IMG/VR virus record: IMGVR_UViG_3300021964_010186
Coordinates: 15,124-79,123 of that record
From: a virus
Reading direction: 5' to 3' (one strand)
DNA length: 64,000 bases
Each line of letters opens with the position of its first letter. The stretch's first letter is position 1. The notes under the pieces are model-generated. The model did no database searches. It was not told the DNA's origin and saw nothing but the letters and a program-made list of their open reading frames with translations. Made by a program: the position numbers and the translations under genes. Below, piece after piece: positions 63,684 through 64,000 of the stretch.

Positions 63684-64000
63684 TAGCATCGCAACCAGTG
63701 AGCAAGGAAATGCGGCTTAACAGCGACAGGTGAATCCTTTGATGCAAACGGCAAAAAATGATGGGGCTCTTAGAAAAAGATAATCCCCAGGTCCGCCAGG
63801 AACTATCATACAGGGGTTTGGTGGGCTCGCGTTGTAATGAATGAGCTAACGGGTACAGCACAACCGCCCGACTACGGTAGCGATGTATGGTGACTGCGAA
63901 CTCACCACAGGGTTCAAGTCGGTTCGGCTAGAAATAGCCGAATTGTGACTGCTCATCTACCACAGGCGACGCATAAATGCGTCATTTCGTTTCACAACTG
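63684..64000 (+). ncRNA. candidate large structured non-coding RNA (may continue past window end)
   Basis: No credible ORF; successive stems with G-U pairs, a GAAA tetraloop, a possible pseudoknot, and a TTGACC promoter-like element upstream at 63607. Confidence 0.55.
63890..63966 (+). repeat. two copies of GTGACTGC-N6-ACCACAGG
   Basis: Copies at 63890-63911 and 63945-63966, each followed by a hairpin. Confidence 0.75.

Noticed and set aside
63760-63790. GGGGCT start resembling a tmRNA 5' end
   Set aside because: The following GGATTCGAC-like motif is absent, and the G run pairs locally with CCCC.
63925-63938. GCTAGAAATAGC identical to the engineered Cas9 sgRNA tetraloop
   Set aside because: Only a short GAAA-capped hairpin; no flanking scaffold, CRISPR repeats or cas genes. 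Treated as coincidence.
63905-63945. GGTTCAAGTC resembling a tRNA T-loop
   Set aside because: No T-stem complement, cloverleaf or CCA end; the bases fit a longer hairpin instead.
63890-63966. Possible CRISPR or guide-RNA array
   Set aside because: Only two units with 6-nt variable cores and no associated effector recognised; reported only as a repeat.
1-64000. Stop-codon reassignment, introns or inteins, as seen in some jumbo phages
   Set aside because: Genes tile densely in the standard code with intact motifs; no split genes or intein termini were seen.

Overview
This 64 kb window is part of a large T4-like (myovirus, probably jumbo) bacteriophage genome. Gene content and order resemble the Rak2/GAP32/PBECO4-like lineage, and an aquatic host is likely; both points are inference. 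It has four blocks. (1) 1-9.65 kb, + strand: RNase H-like 5'-3' exonuclease, an AT-rich beta-hydroxyacid dehydrogenase, an isolated radical SAM gene, a MoxR AAA+/vWA-metallopeptidase pair, PsiE and hypothetical genes. (2) 9.6-28.5 kb, - strand: a ~19 kb translationally coupled operon with its own sigma70-type promoter. It encodes glycosyltransferase-like proteins, five radical SAM enzymes with N-terminal twitch-like domains, two SGNH-fold proteins, a carbamoyltransferase, APS kinase, an NDP-sugar epimerase, a DegT aminotransferase, a Gfo/Idh/MocA oxidoreductase, and three tiny peptides missed or mis-started by the ORF track. (3) 28.5-58.7 kb, - strand: late tail-fibre and baseplate genes (gp54/48-, gp53-, gp27-, gp5-, gp25- and gp6-like, a 4281-aa wedge/receptor protein, three paralogous fibres, a Gly-rich adhesin), many preceded by (TA)TAAATA late promoters. 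(4) 58.8-64 kb: gp55-like late sigma factor, gp47/gp46 nuclease, Hc1-like protein, a GIY-YIG endonuclease and a densely structured non-coding region running to the window edge. The best candidate for an undescribed system is a phage-encoded aminosugar/radical-SAM glycan-tailoring pathway. Its possible target is the virion, since the giant baseplate protein carries about 15 DGST motifs and two other baseplate proteins end in S/T/G-rich '-GY' tails. The second candidate is a large structured RNA divergent from the GIY-YIG nuclease. All calls are from motif recognition by eye; no searches were run.
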